Source of the DNA: Bacillota bacterium
GTDB lineage: Bacteria > Bacillota > Desulfotomaculia > Desulfotomaculales > Nap2-2B
Length of the DNA: 64,000 nt
Direction: 5' to 3'
Assembly (NCBI GenBank): GCA_040755975.1
Contig: JBFLZY010000001.1
Span: forward strand, 25,398-89,397
In this document: one piece after another, positions 41,104 through 49,859 of the stretch
How the letters are laid out: the number at the start of each line of letters is the position of its first letter
How positions within the stretch are numbered: position 1 is the stretch's first letter
Program-made: the position numbers and the translations under genes
Notes under the pieces: model-generated
What the model saw: the letters and a program-made list of their open reading frames with translations, nothing else
What the model was told of the DNA's origin: nothing
Databases searched by the model: none

Positions 41104-41209
41104 CCAGGTGCCAACGGCCACCTCGTTGCCGATCTGCTTCTTGATGGTACCGGGCGTCCACAAGAAAGCGGCAATGGCCTGGCTCGCCGCGTTCATGGCG
41201 CTGTATGCC
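41104..41209 (-). pseudogene. Chimeric relic: internal mtaA-like fragment fused to C-terminal mtrH-like fragment
   Basis: 41104-41150 aligns by eye, with a few mismatches, to 42735-42785 (EIGNEVAVGTW); 41156-41209 aligns similarly to 43422-43475 (NAAxQAIAAFLWT). Confidence 0.7.
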
Positions 41210-41271
41210 AGCCGGCAGCCACCAGTTGGAAAAGGTCGGCGTTCACCTTGAGGATAAACTCGTTATCCCTC

Positions 41272-41300
41272 TTGACTTAGTCCACGACTTAGTCTATACT
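41272..41300 (+). promoter_or_regulatory. vapBC promoter with duplicated operator-like 9-mer
   Basis: TTGACT(41272)-17-TATACT(41295); GACTTAGTC at 41274-41282 and 41286-41294. Confidence 0.55.
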
Positions 41301-41323
41301 GGCAATAACGGAGGTGGATCCGG

Positions 41324-41560
41324 ATGGCGGTTCAGGTGAATGTTCACGAGGCAAAAACCCACTTTTCGAAACTTTTGGCCCGGGTAAAAGAAGGCGAAGA
41401 AGTGGTAATTGCGAAGGCCGGCACGCCCATCGCCCGTTTGGTTCCCGTCACGGAAACGCCGGCCCGGCGCGTTCCCGGCAGCGCTAAAGGAAGGGTCAGC
41501 ATTAGCCCCGACTTTAATGAACCTCTTCCCGAACCTGTTTTAGAGGCCTTTGAAAAATGA
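41324..41560 (+). CDS. Phd/YefM-type antitoxin
   Basis: MAVQVNVHEAKTHFSKLLARVKEGEEVVI... typical Phd/YefM N-terminus; ATGA overlap with the toxin. Confidence 0.85.
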   Translation: MAVQVNVHEAKTHFSKLLARVKEGEEVVIAKAGTPIARLVPVTETPARRVPGSAKGRVSISPDFNEPLPEPVLEAFEK

Positions 41561-41943
41561 GAGCGCTGTTGGATACTCACGCTTTTTTATGGTGGATTAC
41601 CGACGATCCCCAGTTATCCCCGCGCGCCCGGGAAATTATCAGCAGCGGAGAAAATAAGCTGTACCTTAGTGCCGCCAGCGGTTGGGAAATGGCTATCAAG
41701 GCCAGGCTAGGCAAGCTGCATTTGCCGGGCGATCCGGAACTCTTCATTTCCGAACAACTGGCCGTTAATGCCATTGAGCCTTTGGCTGTTTTGATGCGCC
41801 ACGCCCTCCACGTTTATACCCTCCCGGATTTCCACCGGGATCCTTTTGACCGCCTTGTGATTGCCCAGGCCCGGTTAGAAAATCTGCCCATTATCACCGT
41901 GGACCCCCAAATTGCCTGCTACCCAGTAGAGGTCATTTGGTAG
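41557..41943 (+). CDS. vapC: PIN-domain toxin VapC
   Basis: LLDTHAFLWW N-terminus, conserved acidic residues, DPFDRLVIAQA motif. Confidence 0.85.
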   Translation: MRALLDTHAFLWWITDDPQLSPRAREIISSGENKLYLSAASGWEMAIKARLGKLHLPGDPELFISEQLAVNAIEPLAVLMRHALHVYTLPDFHRDPFDRLVIAQARLENLPIITVDPQIACYPVEVIW

Positions 41944-42075
41944 GTCATCTGCAAGGAATAGAAAAATCAAAAAAATAAAAAGAGGATTTTCGATATGACC
42001 CCGCCCATGCGCGGTGCACGCCGCCAGGAAAATCCTCGCCAGGGAAACAAAGCTTACGGGCTTGGCAGAGAAGGC

Positions 42076-42109
42076 GGACAAAGGGAAACGCCAGGGTTTC
42101 CCTTTGTCC
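42076..42109. terminator. Strong hairpin between convergent vapC and mtaA-like genes
   Basis: Perfect 14-bp stem GGACAAAGGGAAAC/GTTTCCCTTTGTCC with 6-nt loop. Confidence 0.6.
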
Positions 42110-42125
42110 ATGCAACTGCCAGGTT

Positions 42126-43178
42126 TTATCGCTTCTTTCGCGCCCACTTCTCCGCCCCGTGTTTCTTCACTGTTTCCACCATGGCGCGCAGGTTATCCAG
42201 CGGCGCCGTGGGCCAGATGTCGCAGGCCGGCCAGACGGCGTCCACGCCGCCCTCAATGCTTTCCAGCACCGCCTTCTCAACATCCTCGGGCGTGCCGTTG
42301 GCCAGCACGTTATAGCCGTCCACCTTCCCGAAAAGAAGCGGCTCACGACCAATCATTTCCCTGCTCTTAATAAGGTCGTTCTTGGTTTCCACGCTGATGG
42401 CGTCGGCGCCGCACTCGTTCATCAGGCCGATAATCAGGTTGGTGTCGCCACAGATGTGCAGGATTTTCGGAGATTCGATCCGGCTGAAGATTTTCTCCAG
42501 GTGGGGCTTGATCACCTGTTTAAAACTGCGCGGACTCAAAACGTCGGTGGGCGCGCCCATTTCCCGGATGGTGATGTAGTCGGCGCCCGCCTCCCGGTAT
42601 TTTTCGGCCACCACGATCAGTCCTTCGGCCAGGGTATCCAGCAGGGCGTTGACCTCGGCCGGCTTTTTGAAAACAAGCTTGAACAGATCGTTTAAGTCCA
42701 TAATCTGCCCGGCCAGAGTAAAGGGCCCTAAAAGCCAGGTGCCGACGGCCACTTCGTTGCCGATTTCCCTCTTAATGATACCAAGAGCCTCCCTCACCAC
42801 CGGAAAGCGCCCTCGTTCGGGGTAGTCGGACGGAATTTCCACCTTGCTCATTTCTTCCGGGGAGTGGATAATTTTTTCTTTGATCGTCGGATAGAGCAGG
42901 TGGGCTACGTCCTCGTATACGTTCATCACACAGCCCAGGGCCTCCGCCTCCACGCACATGTCCCAGGGAATCACGGCACACTCGTAGCCAAATAAGTGAT
43001 ACGAACTGGCCCCGGCGGCGGCCATCTTTTTGGCGTCGCCGTGGATTTCGGGAAACCGGTAGCCGAGCTCTTCCAGGGCGGCGGTGGTCACGTTGCCCAT
43101 GCCGCTGTAACAGGCCATCCGGTCAACTTCCTTGCCTTCGAAAAGGCCCAGCACCCGTTCGCGGGAAGTCATCGTCAT
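42126..43178 (-). CDS. MtaA/CmuA (URO-D) family methyltransferase, paralogue 1
   Basis: RERVLGLFEGKEVDR N-terminus, ILHICGD (HxC) and WPAC Zn-ligand motifs; start trimmed to MTMTS with GGAAAGGGG RBS. Confidence 0.8.
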   Translation of the reverse strand: MTMTSRERVLGLFEGKEVDRMACYSGMGNVTTAALEELGYRFPEIHGDAKKMAAAGASSYHLFGYECAVIPWDMCVEAEALGCVMNVYEDVAHLLYPTIKEKIIHSPEEMSKVEIPSDYPERGRFPVVREALGIIKREIGNEVAVGTWLLGPFTLAGQIMDLNDLFKLVFKKPAEVNALLDTLAEGLIVVAEKYREAGADYITIREMGAPTDVLSPRSFKQVIKPHLEKIFSRIESPKILHICGDTNLIIGLMNECGADAISVETKNDLIKSREMIGREPLLFGKVDGYNVLANGTPEDVEKAVLESIEGGVDAVWPACDIWPTAPLDNLRAMVETVKKHGAEKWARKKR

Positions 43179-43246
43179 CGCTAAAAACCCCTTTCCGTAT
43201 TCTTCCTTCGAAAATGGTTTTTTCCTTGCCGGCAATTTTCATCACT

Positions 43247-44185
43247 TCATTGTCGCAGTTGCTTGACGAAGTCGCCGAAGAACTTGTAAAGCGGGTGGTT
43301 TGCGTTGGCCGGCAAAGTTTTCGTCTCGTCGTAAACCAGGGTGGCCAGCATCATCCCCGCGGTGGCCACGGCGGGGATGATCTTGGGAATGTTTACGATA
43401 GGACCGCTGAACAAGAGATCCGTCCACAGGAAAGCAGCGATGGCCTGGCCCGCCGCGTTTATGGCGCTGAAGCCCTCGGAGCCCCACATTTCCCGGGCCT
43501 CCTTCCACATGTACGTGCCGTTGGAGGAAGCCACGCCCGCCGGCCAGCCGAATTCCTCCTTCACCAGGCGGCTGGCCAGGCAGGAAAAGGCCGTGGAGGG
43601 CAGGTTCATGACGGCGGTATCCACCAGGATGGTGGCAAAGCCGTCTTCTTTAATTGCTTCCAGCATTTTCTTCAGGCCGGTGACCCGCCCGCGCGGAGTC
43701 TGGTCCTCCTGGTTGAAGGCCTGCACCACCACGTGCTTGATACCCAATTCTTTTAAGCGGGCGGCCTGGCCGGCGATATCCTTATCCCAGGGGGTGATGC
43801 TGTTGTACAAAACCCGGTCCTGGATGCCGAGTTCGGCTGCGTAGGCGGCCACTTCCAGCCTGGTCTTTTCCACCCAGATATCGATCCCGAAGGGCTGGCT
43901 GCTGATGCTTAAGAAAAATTCGAGGTACGTTTTCATTTCGTCCAAGGAGTTGGCCACCATGGCCACCATGGCCGGTATCCCCGTCTGGGCGGACAGCTCT
44001 TCCTGGCGCAGGACGTAGTCCCGCGCTTTATTCCGGTCAAATTTGCGCTCTTTCCGGCTCTCCAAAATCCGGTCGCCGTTGTGGAACATAGACGAGATCA
44101 AGAGCGGCGGGTTTTCGCCCGGCTGCCCGCCCACCTGCCAGTTCCCGATCCGGCATACTTTTTGCGGACGACTGAGCTTAAACAT
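43247..44185 (-). CDS. MtrH-family methyltransferase (corrinoid:pterin methyl transfer)
   Basis: N-terminus FKLSRPQKVCRIGNWQVGGQPGENPPLLISSMF typical of the MtrH family. Confidence 0.8.
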   Translation of the reverse strand: MFKLSRPQKVCRIGNWQVGGQPGENPPLLISSMFHNGDRILESRKERKFDRNKARDYVLRQEELSAQTGIPAMVAMVANSLDEMKTYLEFFLSISSQPFGIDIWVEKTRLEVAAYAAELGIQDRVLYNSITPWDKDIAGQAARLKELGIKHVVVQAFNQEDQTPRGRVTGLKKMLEAIKEDGFATILVDTAVMNLPSTAFSCLASRLVKEEFGWPAGVASSNGTYMWKEAREMWGSEGFSAINAAGQAIAAFLWTDLLFSGPIVNIPKIIPAVATAGMMLATLVYDETKTLPANANHPLYKFFGDFVKQLRQ

Positions 44186-44238
44186 TTCTTTTCCCTCCTT
44201 AATGAAAATAGATGAACCGCAAAGACGCGAAGGACGCC

Positions 44239-46257
44239 TTACCGCCTGGGAATCTTCTCCAGAATGTGCTGGATGTGGGGGAACTTATCCCGGGAGTGTG
44301 GGAAAGCCATGGCGGCGGCAAAACGCTCCTGAAAATCGGGTTCGATGGCCGTCTCCACAAATTCAATTTCCCGGGCGATCCAGGCCGCCTCCGCCCGCTT
44401 ATCCGCGTCCAGCAGGGCCAGCTTGGCCCCGTCGCCGGCGGCGTTGCCCACCGCCACCACGTTCGCTAAGTCGCAGTCGGGAATCATGCCGATGACCATG
44501 GCGCTCTCCTTGTTTATGTAATTGCCGAAAGCGCCGGCCAGGGTGATGCTGTCTATGTGGTCGACCCCCAGCTTTTCCATCAAGTAGCGCGCGCCCACGT
44601 ACAGGGCCGCCTTCGCCAGCTGGACGGCCCGCACGTCCCCCTGGGTGAAGGCAATGTCCTTGCCGATGGAAGTTTCTTCCGCCCAGGCCAGCACGTACTC
44701 CGGCTTGCCGTCTTCTCCCCGCCGCACCCTGGGGGAATCGAGCTTCAAGTTGAAGCGCCCGTTCCTGTCGATAATCCCTGCTTTGAAAAGTTCGGCCACA
44801 ATATCAATAATCCCGGAACCGCAAATGCCTTTTGCCTCGGTCTTCTTGATTTCCGGGTACCACAATTCCTGGCCGATGACTTTGTACGAAATTTCGAGGG
44901 TCTCGGGATCGATCTTCACTTTTTCAATGGCGCCGGGCGCGGCCCGCATCCCGAATTTGATCTGCGCCCCTTCCAGGGCCGGCCCCGTGGCGCAGGAAGT
45001 GCACATCATCTTTTGCGCGTTGCCGATGTCGATTTCCCCGTTGGTGCCTATGTCAATGCACATCCGGATCTTTTCCTGCTCCTTGTAAGGCTCCTCGGCA
45101 ATCAGCACGCCCACGTTGTCCGGGCCTACAAAGCCGGCTTCCACGGGAAGCGTGTGCACGTTAGCCGTCGGGCACACCTTGATCCCCAGATCCCGCGCTT
45201 TGATGTTCAAGGAGCTTTTCACCCCGGCGGTGAAGGGCGACCGGCCGAGAAAGCTGGGTTCGATGCAAAGGGCGATGTGCTGCATGGCGGTGTTGAAAAC
45301 CAGGGTGACCTCCAGGATGTCTTCCGGCACCATCCCCACCTTTTCGGTCATCCGCCGGGCCAGCGTGTTGATTCCTTCGATGATGGCTTCGTGCATGCGC
45401 TGCAGGCCGTCCTCGTTCATCATGGCGTAGGTGATGCGGGAGAGGACGTCTTCCCCGTAGCGCACCTGGGGGTTCATCATGGAATCAACGGCCAGCACCC
45501 GGCCGCTGCGCAAATCGCACAGGTAGGCCGCCACGGTGGTGGTGCCCACGTCGATGGCCAGCCCCACGCAATTTTCCACCAGACCGGGCTCAACCAGAAT
45601 GATTTCCTTGTTGTTCCAGACGGTGACGGTTACATCCCAGGTGCCCTCCCCGGTGACCAGCGGCAGGCCCGAAAAAAACTTGCCGCCCAGGGTCCGCCGG
45701 GTAAACCCGCTCTGGTTCCGCAAAACAAAGGGGAGTTCGCGCAAAACCAGATAATCGATGGTTAAATCGCGATAAAGGCCGTACTTAGCCGCCAGGGCGT
45801 CCCGAATCCGCTCGAAATCCCCCCGGTGATCCTCCAGGGTGGCTTTCTCCAGCTGCAGGAAGTACTTGCGCACCGCCGGGTTAAGTTTATAAACGCGTTC
45901 TTTGCCGTGCTCCAGAACCACCTGTTTGGCCCCGCGGCTCTCCTCCGGCACAAAAACCAGCACGTCCCCGTGCACTTCGGCGCAGCAGGCCAGCCGGTAG
46001 TTGTCGGCAAGCTCCTTTTCTTCCAGGAAATCTTGTTCTTCTTCCAGGAGGGGGGACAGGTGGCTCATCCGCGAATCAATGCCGAATTTTTCAAAAAAGC
46101 CCTCTTCAATTTTTACCTTGCACTTGCCGCAAACCCGGGCGCTGCCGCAAACGCTTTCGATGTCCACGCCCAGCTGGCGGGCCGCTTCCAGCAAAGAAAC
46201 GCCCTCTTCCACCCGGCCCCGCCGCCCGGATGGTTGAAAGATTACCTGTGCCGCCAT
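44239..46257 (-). CDS. Reductive activator of corrinoid enzymes (RACo-type): N-terminal [2Fe-2S] ferredoxin plus ASKHA ATPase
   Basis: CGSARVCGKCKV plant-type Fd motif; large ASKHA body (IDVGTTTV, IDIGTNGE). Confidence 0.85.
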   Translation of the reverse strand: MAAQVIFQPSGRRGRVEEGVSLLEAARQLGVDIESVCGSARVCGKCKVKIEEGFFEKFGIDSRMSHLSPLLEEEQDFLEEKELADNYRLACCAEVHGDVLVFVPEESRGAKQVVLEHGKERVYKLNPAVRKYFLQLEKATLEDHRGDFERIRDALAAKYGLYRDLTIDYLVLRELPFVLRNQSGFTRRTLGGKFFSGLPLVTGEGTWDVTVTVWNNKEIILVEPGLVENCVGLAIDVGTTTVAAYLCDLRSGRVLAVDSMMNPQVRYGEDVLSRITYAMMNEDGLQRMHEAIIEGINTLARRMTEKVGMVPEDILEVTLVFNTAMQHIALCIEPSFLGRSPFTAGVKSSLNIKARDLGIKVCPTANVHTLPVEAGFVGPDNVGVLIAEEPYKEQEKIRMCIDIGTNGEIDIGNAQKMMCTSCATGPALEGAQIKFGMRAAPGAIEKVKIDPETLEISYKVIGQELWYPEIKKTEAKGICGSGIIDIVAELFKAGIIDRNGRFNLKLDSPRVRRGEDGKPEYVLAWAEETSIGKDIAFTQGDVRAVQLAKAALYVGARYLMEKLGVDHIDSITLAGAFGNYINKESAMVIGMIPDCDLANVVAVGNAAGDGAKLALLDADKRAEAAWIAREIEFVETAIEPDFQERFAAAMAFPHSRDKFPHIQHILEKIPRR

Positions 46258-46424
46258 TAACCAACCTCCTCAAAGCAAGCCTGATTAAAATCTGGAACAT
46301 TCATACCGGGAAAGGATGTTTAGGTAAGTTGATCTCCTACTAAATTAAAGTTACTGCTCCTGCCTCTCTAAATCTCAGACTACCACCGGAAGATTCCTCC
46401 CTCATAAAGGACCTTAACCTTGAA

Positions 46425-47081
46425 TTATTTTATGTCTCTCAACGAACTAATCATGTTGATGGCGTCCCTTAAGGCATTGCTGGCGTCCTTGGCATATCCG
46501 TCGGCCCCAAACTTGGCGGCGATATCTTCAGTTACCGGGGCCCCCCCGATCATGATTTTCGCCTTGGGGTTTTTCTCTTTAATGGCCTTAATGATGTTTT
46601 TCATCCCTACCATGGTGGTGGTCATCATCGCCGAAAGCGCCACGATCTCCGAATCGGTGCGCAGCTGCTCTTCCACGAACTGTTCCAGCGGCACGTCCCG
46701 TCCCAGGTCGTGTACGATAAAACCGGCGGCTTCAAACATTACCTTCACCAGATTTTTGCCAATGTCGTGCACGTCCCCCTGGACCACGCCCATAACCACC
46801 TGGCCGCGCACACCCGCATCATCAGATTTCATATGCGGCCGCAAGATGCCGAGACCCGCATACAACGCATCGGCGCACATCAGCAGTTCCGGAACAAAAT
46901 ATTCCTGCTCCTCGTAAAGACGGCCGCATTCCTGCATCCCCTTGACCAGGCCGTCAAACACCGCCTTGTTGGCATCCAGCCCTGCGGCCAACCACTCGTG
47001 GGCGGCTGCTTTGACGGCTTCCTCGTCGTAATTAACCACTCCTTGCGCCAGTCTTTCCAGTAATTCCTGCTCTTTTTCCAT
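46425..47081 (-). CDS. corrinoid (B12-binding) protein
   Basis: B12 cap domain plus GDVHDIGKNLV (DxHxxG) and SALMTTT-like motif; start trimmed to MEKEQ. Confidence 0.85.
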   Translation of the reverse strand: MEKEQELLERLAQGVVNYDEEAVKAAAHEWLAAGLDANKAVFDGLVKGMQECGRLYEEQEYFVPELLMCADALYAGLGILRPHMKSDDAGVRGQVVMGVVQGDVHDIGKNLVKVMFEAAGFIVHDLGRDVPLEQFVEEQLRTDSEIVALSAMMTTTMVGMKNIIKAIKEKNPKAKIMIGGAPVTEDIAAKFGADGYAKDASNALRDAINMISSLRDIK

Positions 47082-47262
47082 ACTCATTCCCCTTTCCTGG
47101 CTAATTTTGCTCAATAAGTGCTAATAAATTGCTCTGCTATTAAATTTTTGATTATAACAGGACACCCTTATCCTAGCAATATAGGACCTCTTTCAAAATA
47201 GTTTTGTTGTCAGATGTAAAATTATAATCCCCAACGGTCATTTTTGAGGTTTGAACGGCCGG

Positions 47263-48045
47263 TTAAGCGTTCGCGTGAGTATTTTTCTGGCGGATAAAAA
47301 AGGCGATAAACTCCAAAACAAACCAAAACTCTCGGGCGTCGCAGTCACGCAGCGCGCATAGCAGGGCCTGCACCTTCGGATCGCCGATCGCCTGCCTGGT
47401 CTCCTCGTCCAAACCGGCGAGCACGGAATCAACATTATTTTCTTCGGTTAACAGGCTCGCCAGGGAAACATTCAGGCAGCGGGCAATCGCCTCTAAAGTC
47501 TCCAGCAGGGGAACGGTATAACCGCCTTCGATCTGGCTGATTAACCCCGGCGACACCCCTGCCTTTTCCGCGAACTCGGTCACGCTCAACCCCTGTTCAC
47601 AGCGGGCTTTTCGGATCTGCCACCCCAGGCCGACGGGATTAAAGCCCTTGTTTGCGGCCAGGGGGAGTTCCAGCGGATAATTTAAGGCCTCCGAAAGCTT
47701 TTTGATTTCTTCAGCGGTGGGCAGGACCTGTCCCGCTTCGATCCTTTTGATTGTCTCCGCCGGCATGCCGCTGATCTCCGCCAGATCGGCGACGCTCAAG
47801 CCCCTGTTCTCCCGCAGTTCGCGCACCTGTTCCCACTCCGGCGCATCTTCGGCGAGGGACTCCAAGTAAGCCGTCGATACTTTTAAAACGCCCCCCGCCC
47901 TGCAGATAAAAGAGGGGGTCGGTTTTTTGAGACCCCTTTCCACGGCGCTTGCGTAAGAAGCGGAAAAGCCGGTCAACCGGGCAAATTCACTGAGGCTGAT
48001 CCCCTGCTGCCTGCGTATTTCCCGGAGGCGTCTGCCGAAGAGCAT
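47263..48045 (-). CDS. XRE-family regulator with three tandem HTH domains
   Basis: Three HTH_3-like repeats (residues ~3-60, ~72-125, ~140-198) plus ~55-aa C-terminal domain. Confidence 0.8.
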   Translation of the reverse strand: MLFGRRLREIRRQQGISLSEFARLTGFSASYASAVERGLKKPTPSFICRAGGVLKVSTAYLESLAEDAPEWEQVRELRENRGLSVADLAEISGMPAETIKRIEAGQVLPTAEEIKKLSEALNYPLELPLAANKGFNPVGLGWQIRKARCEQGLSVTEFAEKAGVSPGLISQIEGGYTVPLLETLEAIARCLNVSLASLLTEENNVDSVLAGLDEETRQAIGDPKVQALLCALRDCDAREFWFVLEFIAFFIRQKNTHANA

Positions 48046-48076
48046 TAAATACCTCCTTGCCGGTTAAATGCGCTTC

Positions 48077-48766
48077 TCAACCGCTTATGGCCGCCCTGAA
48101 CGCCGGGTCATTTTTCATGGACACAAGGATATCGATGGCGACCTTCAGCGCCTTTGTGGCGTTCTCCGCGTAGCCGCAGGCGCCGAAACGGGTCGCAATC
48201 TCCTTTGTCAGGGGGGCGCCGCCGACCATCACTTTTACTTCGGGATTTTCTTCCTTTAACCGCACAATCACCCGCTTCATCTCCAGCATGGTGGTGGTCA
48301 TCATGGTAGAAAGACATACTATGTCGGGTCGGAGCTGTTCGTACAGGCTGAGGAAATTTTCCAGCGAGACGTCCCGGCCAAGGTCGTAAACCTCGAAATT
48401 CGCGCTTTCAAACATCATTTTGACAATATTTTTCCCGATATCGTGAATATCCCCCGCCACCACGCCGATCAGGACCGTGCCCCGCACGCCGAAATCCTTT
48501 TTGTCCAGCCGGTTCTTGAGCAGTTCCAGGCCCCTGTATAGAGCGTCGGCACATAACAGCATTTCCGGAATGAAGTAAACCTGCTCTTCGTACAGGCGGC
48601 CAACTTCCTCCATTCCCGGAACCAGCCCCTCAAAAATTGCTTTTCCGGCGCTGATCCCTTTTTCCAGGCACTCTTCAACCAGTTGCGCCACTCTTTCTTC
48701 TTCGAAATTTATTACCGCCTTTTTTAATTGCCCGAGTAATTCGTTTTCTTCCTGACGCGACAGCAT
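48077..48766 (-). CDS. corrinoid (B12-binding) protein
   Basis: GDIHDIGKNIV motif; paralogue of 46425..47081. Confidence 0.85.
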   Translation of the reverse strand: MLSRQEENELLGQLKKAVINFEEERVAQLVEECLEKGISAGKAIFEGLVPGMEEVGRLYEEQVYFIPEMLLCADALYRGLELLKNRLDKKDFGVRGTVLIGVVAGDIHDIGKNIVKMMFESANFEVYDLGRDVSLENFLSLYEQLRPDIVCLSTMMTTTMLEMKRVIVRLKEENPEVKVMVGGAPLTKEIATRFGACGYAENATKALKVAIDILVSMKNDPAFRAAISG

Positions 48767-48934
48767 AACCGACGCCCCTTTATAAATTGGTTTTGTAAAC
48801 GCTTAAAAAATTGACCGGGAACTAAATCACGACAAAGGGAAAGTTTTCTACTTATACCCGCCTTTCAGAAATTTTTCACGCAATTAACAATAATTAATAA
48901 TTATATTTCTTTAATTTAAGCTTTAAAGCACTTT

Positions 48935-49705
48935 TCAAAGGAGGTGACGGTTTTGCTTGAAGAATTGAACAAAGTTAAGAACGTACTTGAGCTCGTTAGA
49001 ATTCAGATCGCGCACAGCACGCAAAATCGTCTGCGCCTTGGGATCGCCTAAAGTCTCCAAAACATCCGGATTCAATGAGGACAACAAATCCTCCACGTCG
49101 CTCTGGTGCGGGATTAAAAAATAACTGACGTGGACGTTTAAGCTCCTGGCAATCCGCTCTAAAGTCTCCAAAAGGGGGGTTGTCTGGCCGTTTTCAATCT
49201 GGCTTAACAGGCCCGGCGAAACTTCCGACCGGTCCGCCAGGGCGGTAATTGTCAGGCCTTGTTTCAGGCGTAATTTTTTCAGGCGGTAGCCCAAACTATT
49301 CGCCTGGTCGGATTGCTCGAGAAAATAGCGCAGATTTACGTTGAGGGCCTCGGATAGTTTTTTGAGATCCTCCAGATCGGGAACGGCCTGGCCTTTTTCA
49401 AACTTTTCCAGCGAGGCCACCGGGATTTCACTTATTTCGGCCAGATCTTCAATACTTAAACCTCTGCTTTCGCGGATAAAGCGAAGCTTTTCGGCCGTTG
49501 CTTCGTCATCAGACTCACTTAACAGATAAGTAACGGAAACATTTAATGCTTCGCTGATCCTTTTGAGCATGGGAATTGAGGGCTTCCGAACGCCCCGCTC
49601 TACGGCGCTGAGGTAGGAAGGGGAAATTTCCAGCTGTTCAGCCAGCTTGCTTAAGGTGATCCCCCGCTCTTTGCGAAAATCCCGGATTTTTTGCCCCAAA
49701 CCCAC
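48935..49705 (-). CDS. XRE-family regulator with three tandem HTH domains
   Basis: Same architecture as 47263..48045; GTG start. Confidence 0.8.
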   Translation of the reverse strand: MGLGQKIRDFRKERGITLSKLAEQLEISPSYLSAVERGVRKPSIPMLKRISEALNVSVTYLLSESDDEATAEKLRFIRESRGLSIEDLAEISEIPVASLEKFEKGQAVPDLEDLKKLSEALNVNLRYFLEQSDQANSLGYRLKKLRLKQGLTITALADRSEVSPGLLSQIENGQTTPLLETLERIARSLNVHVSYFLIPHQSDVEDLLSSLNPDVLETLGDPKAQTILRAVRDLNSNELKYVLNFVQFFKQNRHLL

Positions 49706-49859
49706 GCCTTAAGCCCCTTCCCCGGTTTTCCACGGCACGCTCTCGTGTTTAATGTCGATCATAACATGCGGCCAAAAAGTCGTCAAGCTGTTAGAAAGGA
49801 CCTTTACGGGCAGCAATTGGAGATTTTCGGCCGGCCGGCGAAAGATTTTCCGGCAGCGA

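Noticed and set aside
40942-41196. 84-aa - strand ORF between the Cys-rich gene and vapB
   Set aside because: It is not a gene. Its translation is a fusion of mtrH-like and mtaA-like peptide fragments and then runs out of frame across the start of 40683..41024. It is treated as a relic pseudogene.
46258-46424. Searched island intergenic regions (46258-46424, 47082-47262, 48767-48934, 57476-57665) for a cobalamin riboswitch
   Set aside because: No B12-box-like element or conserved cobalamin-riboswitch core was recognisable by eye. This is a weak negative and should be confirmed with Infernal.
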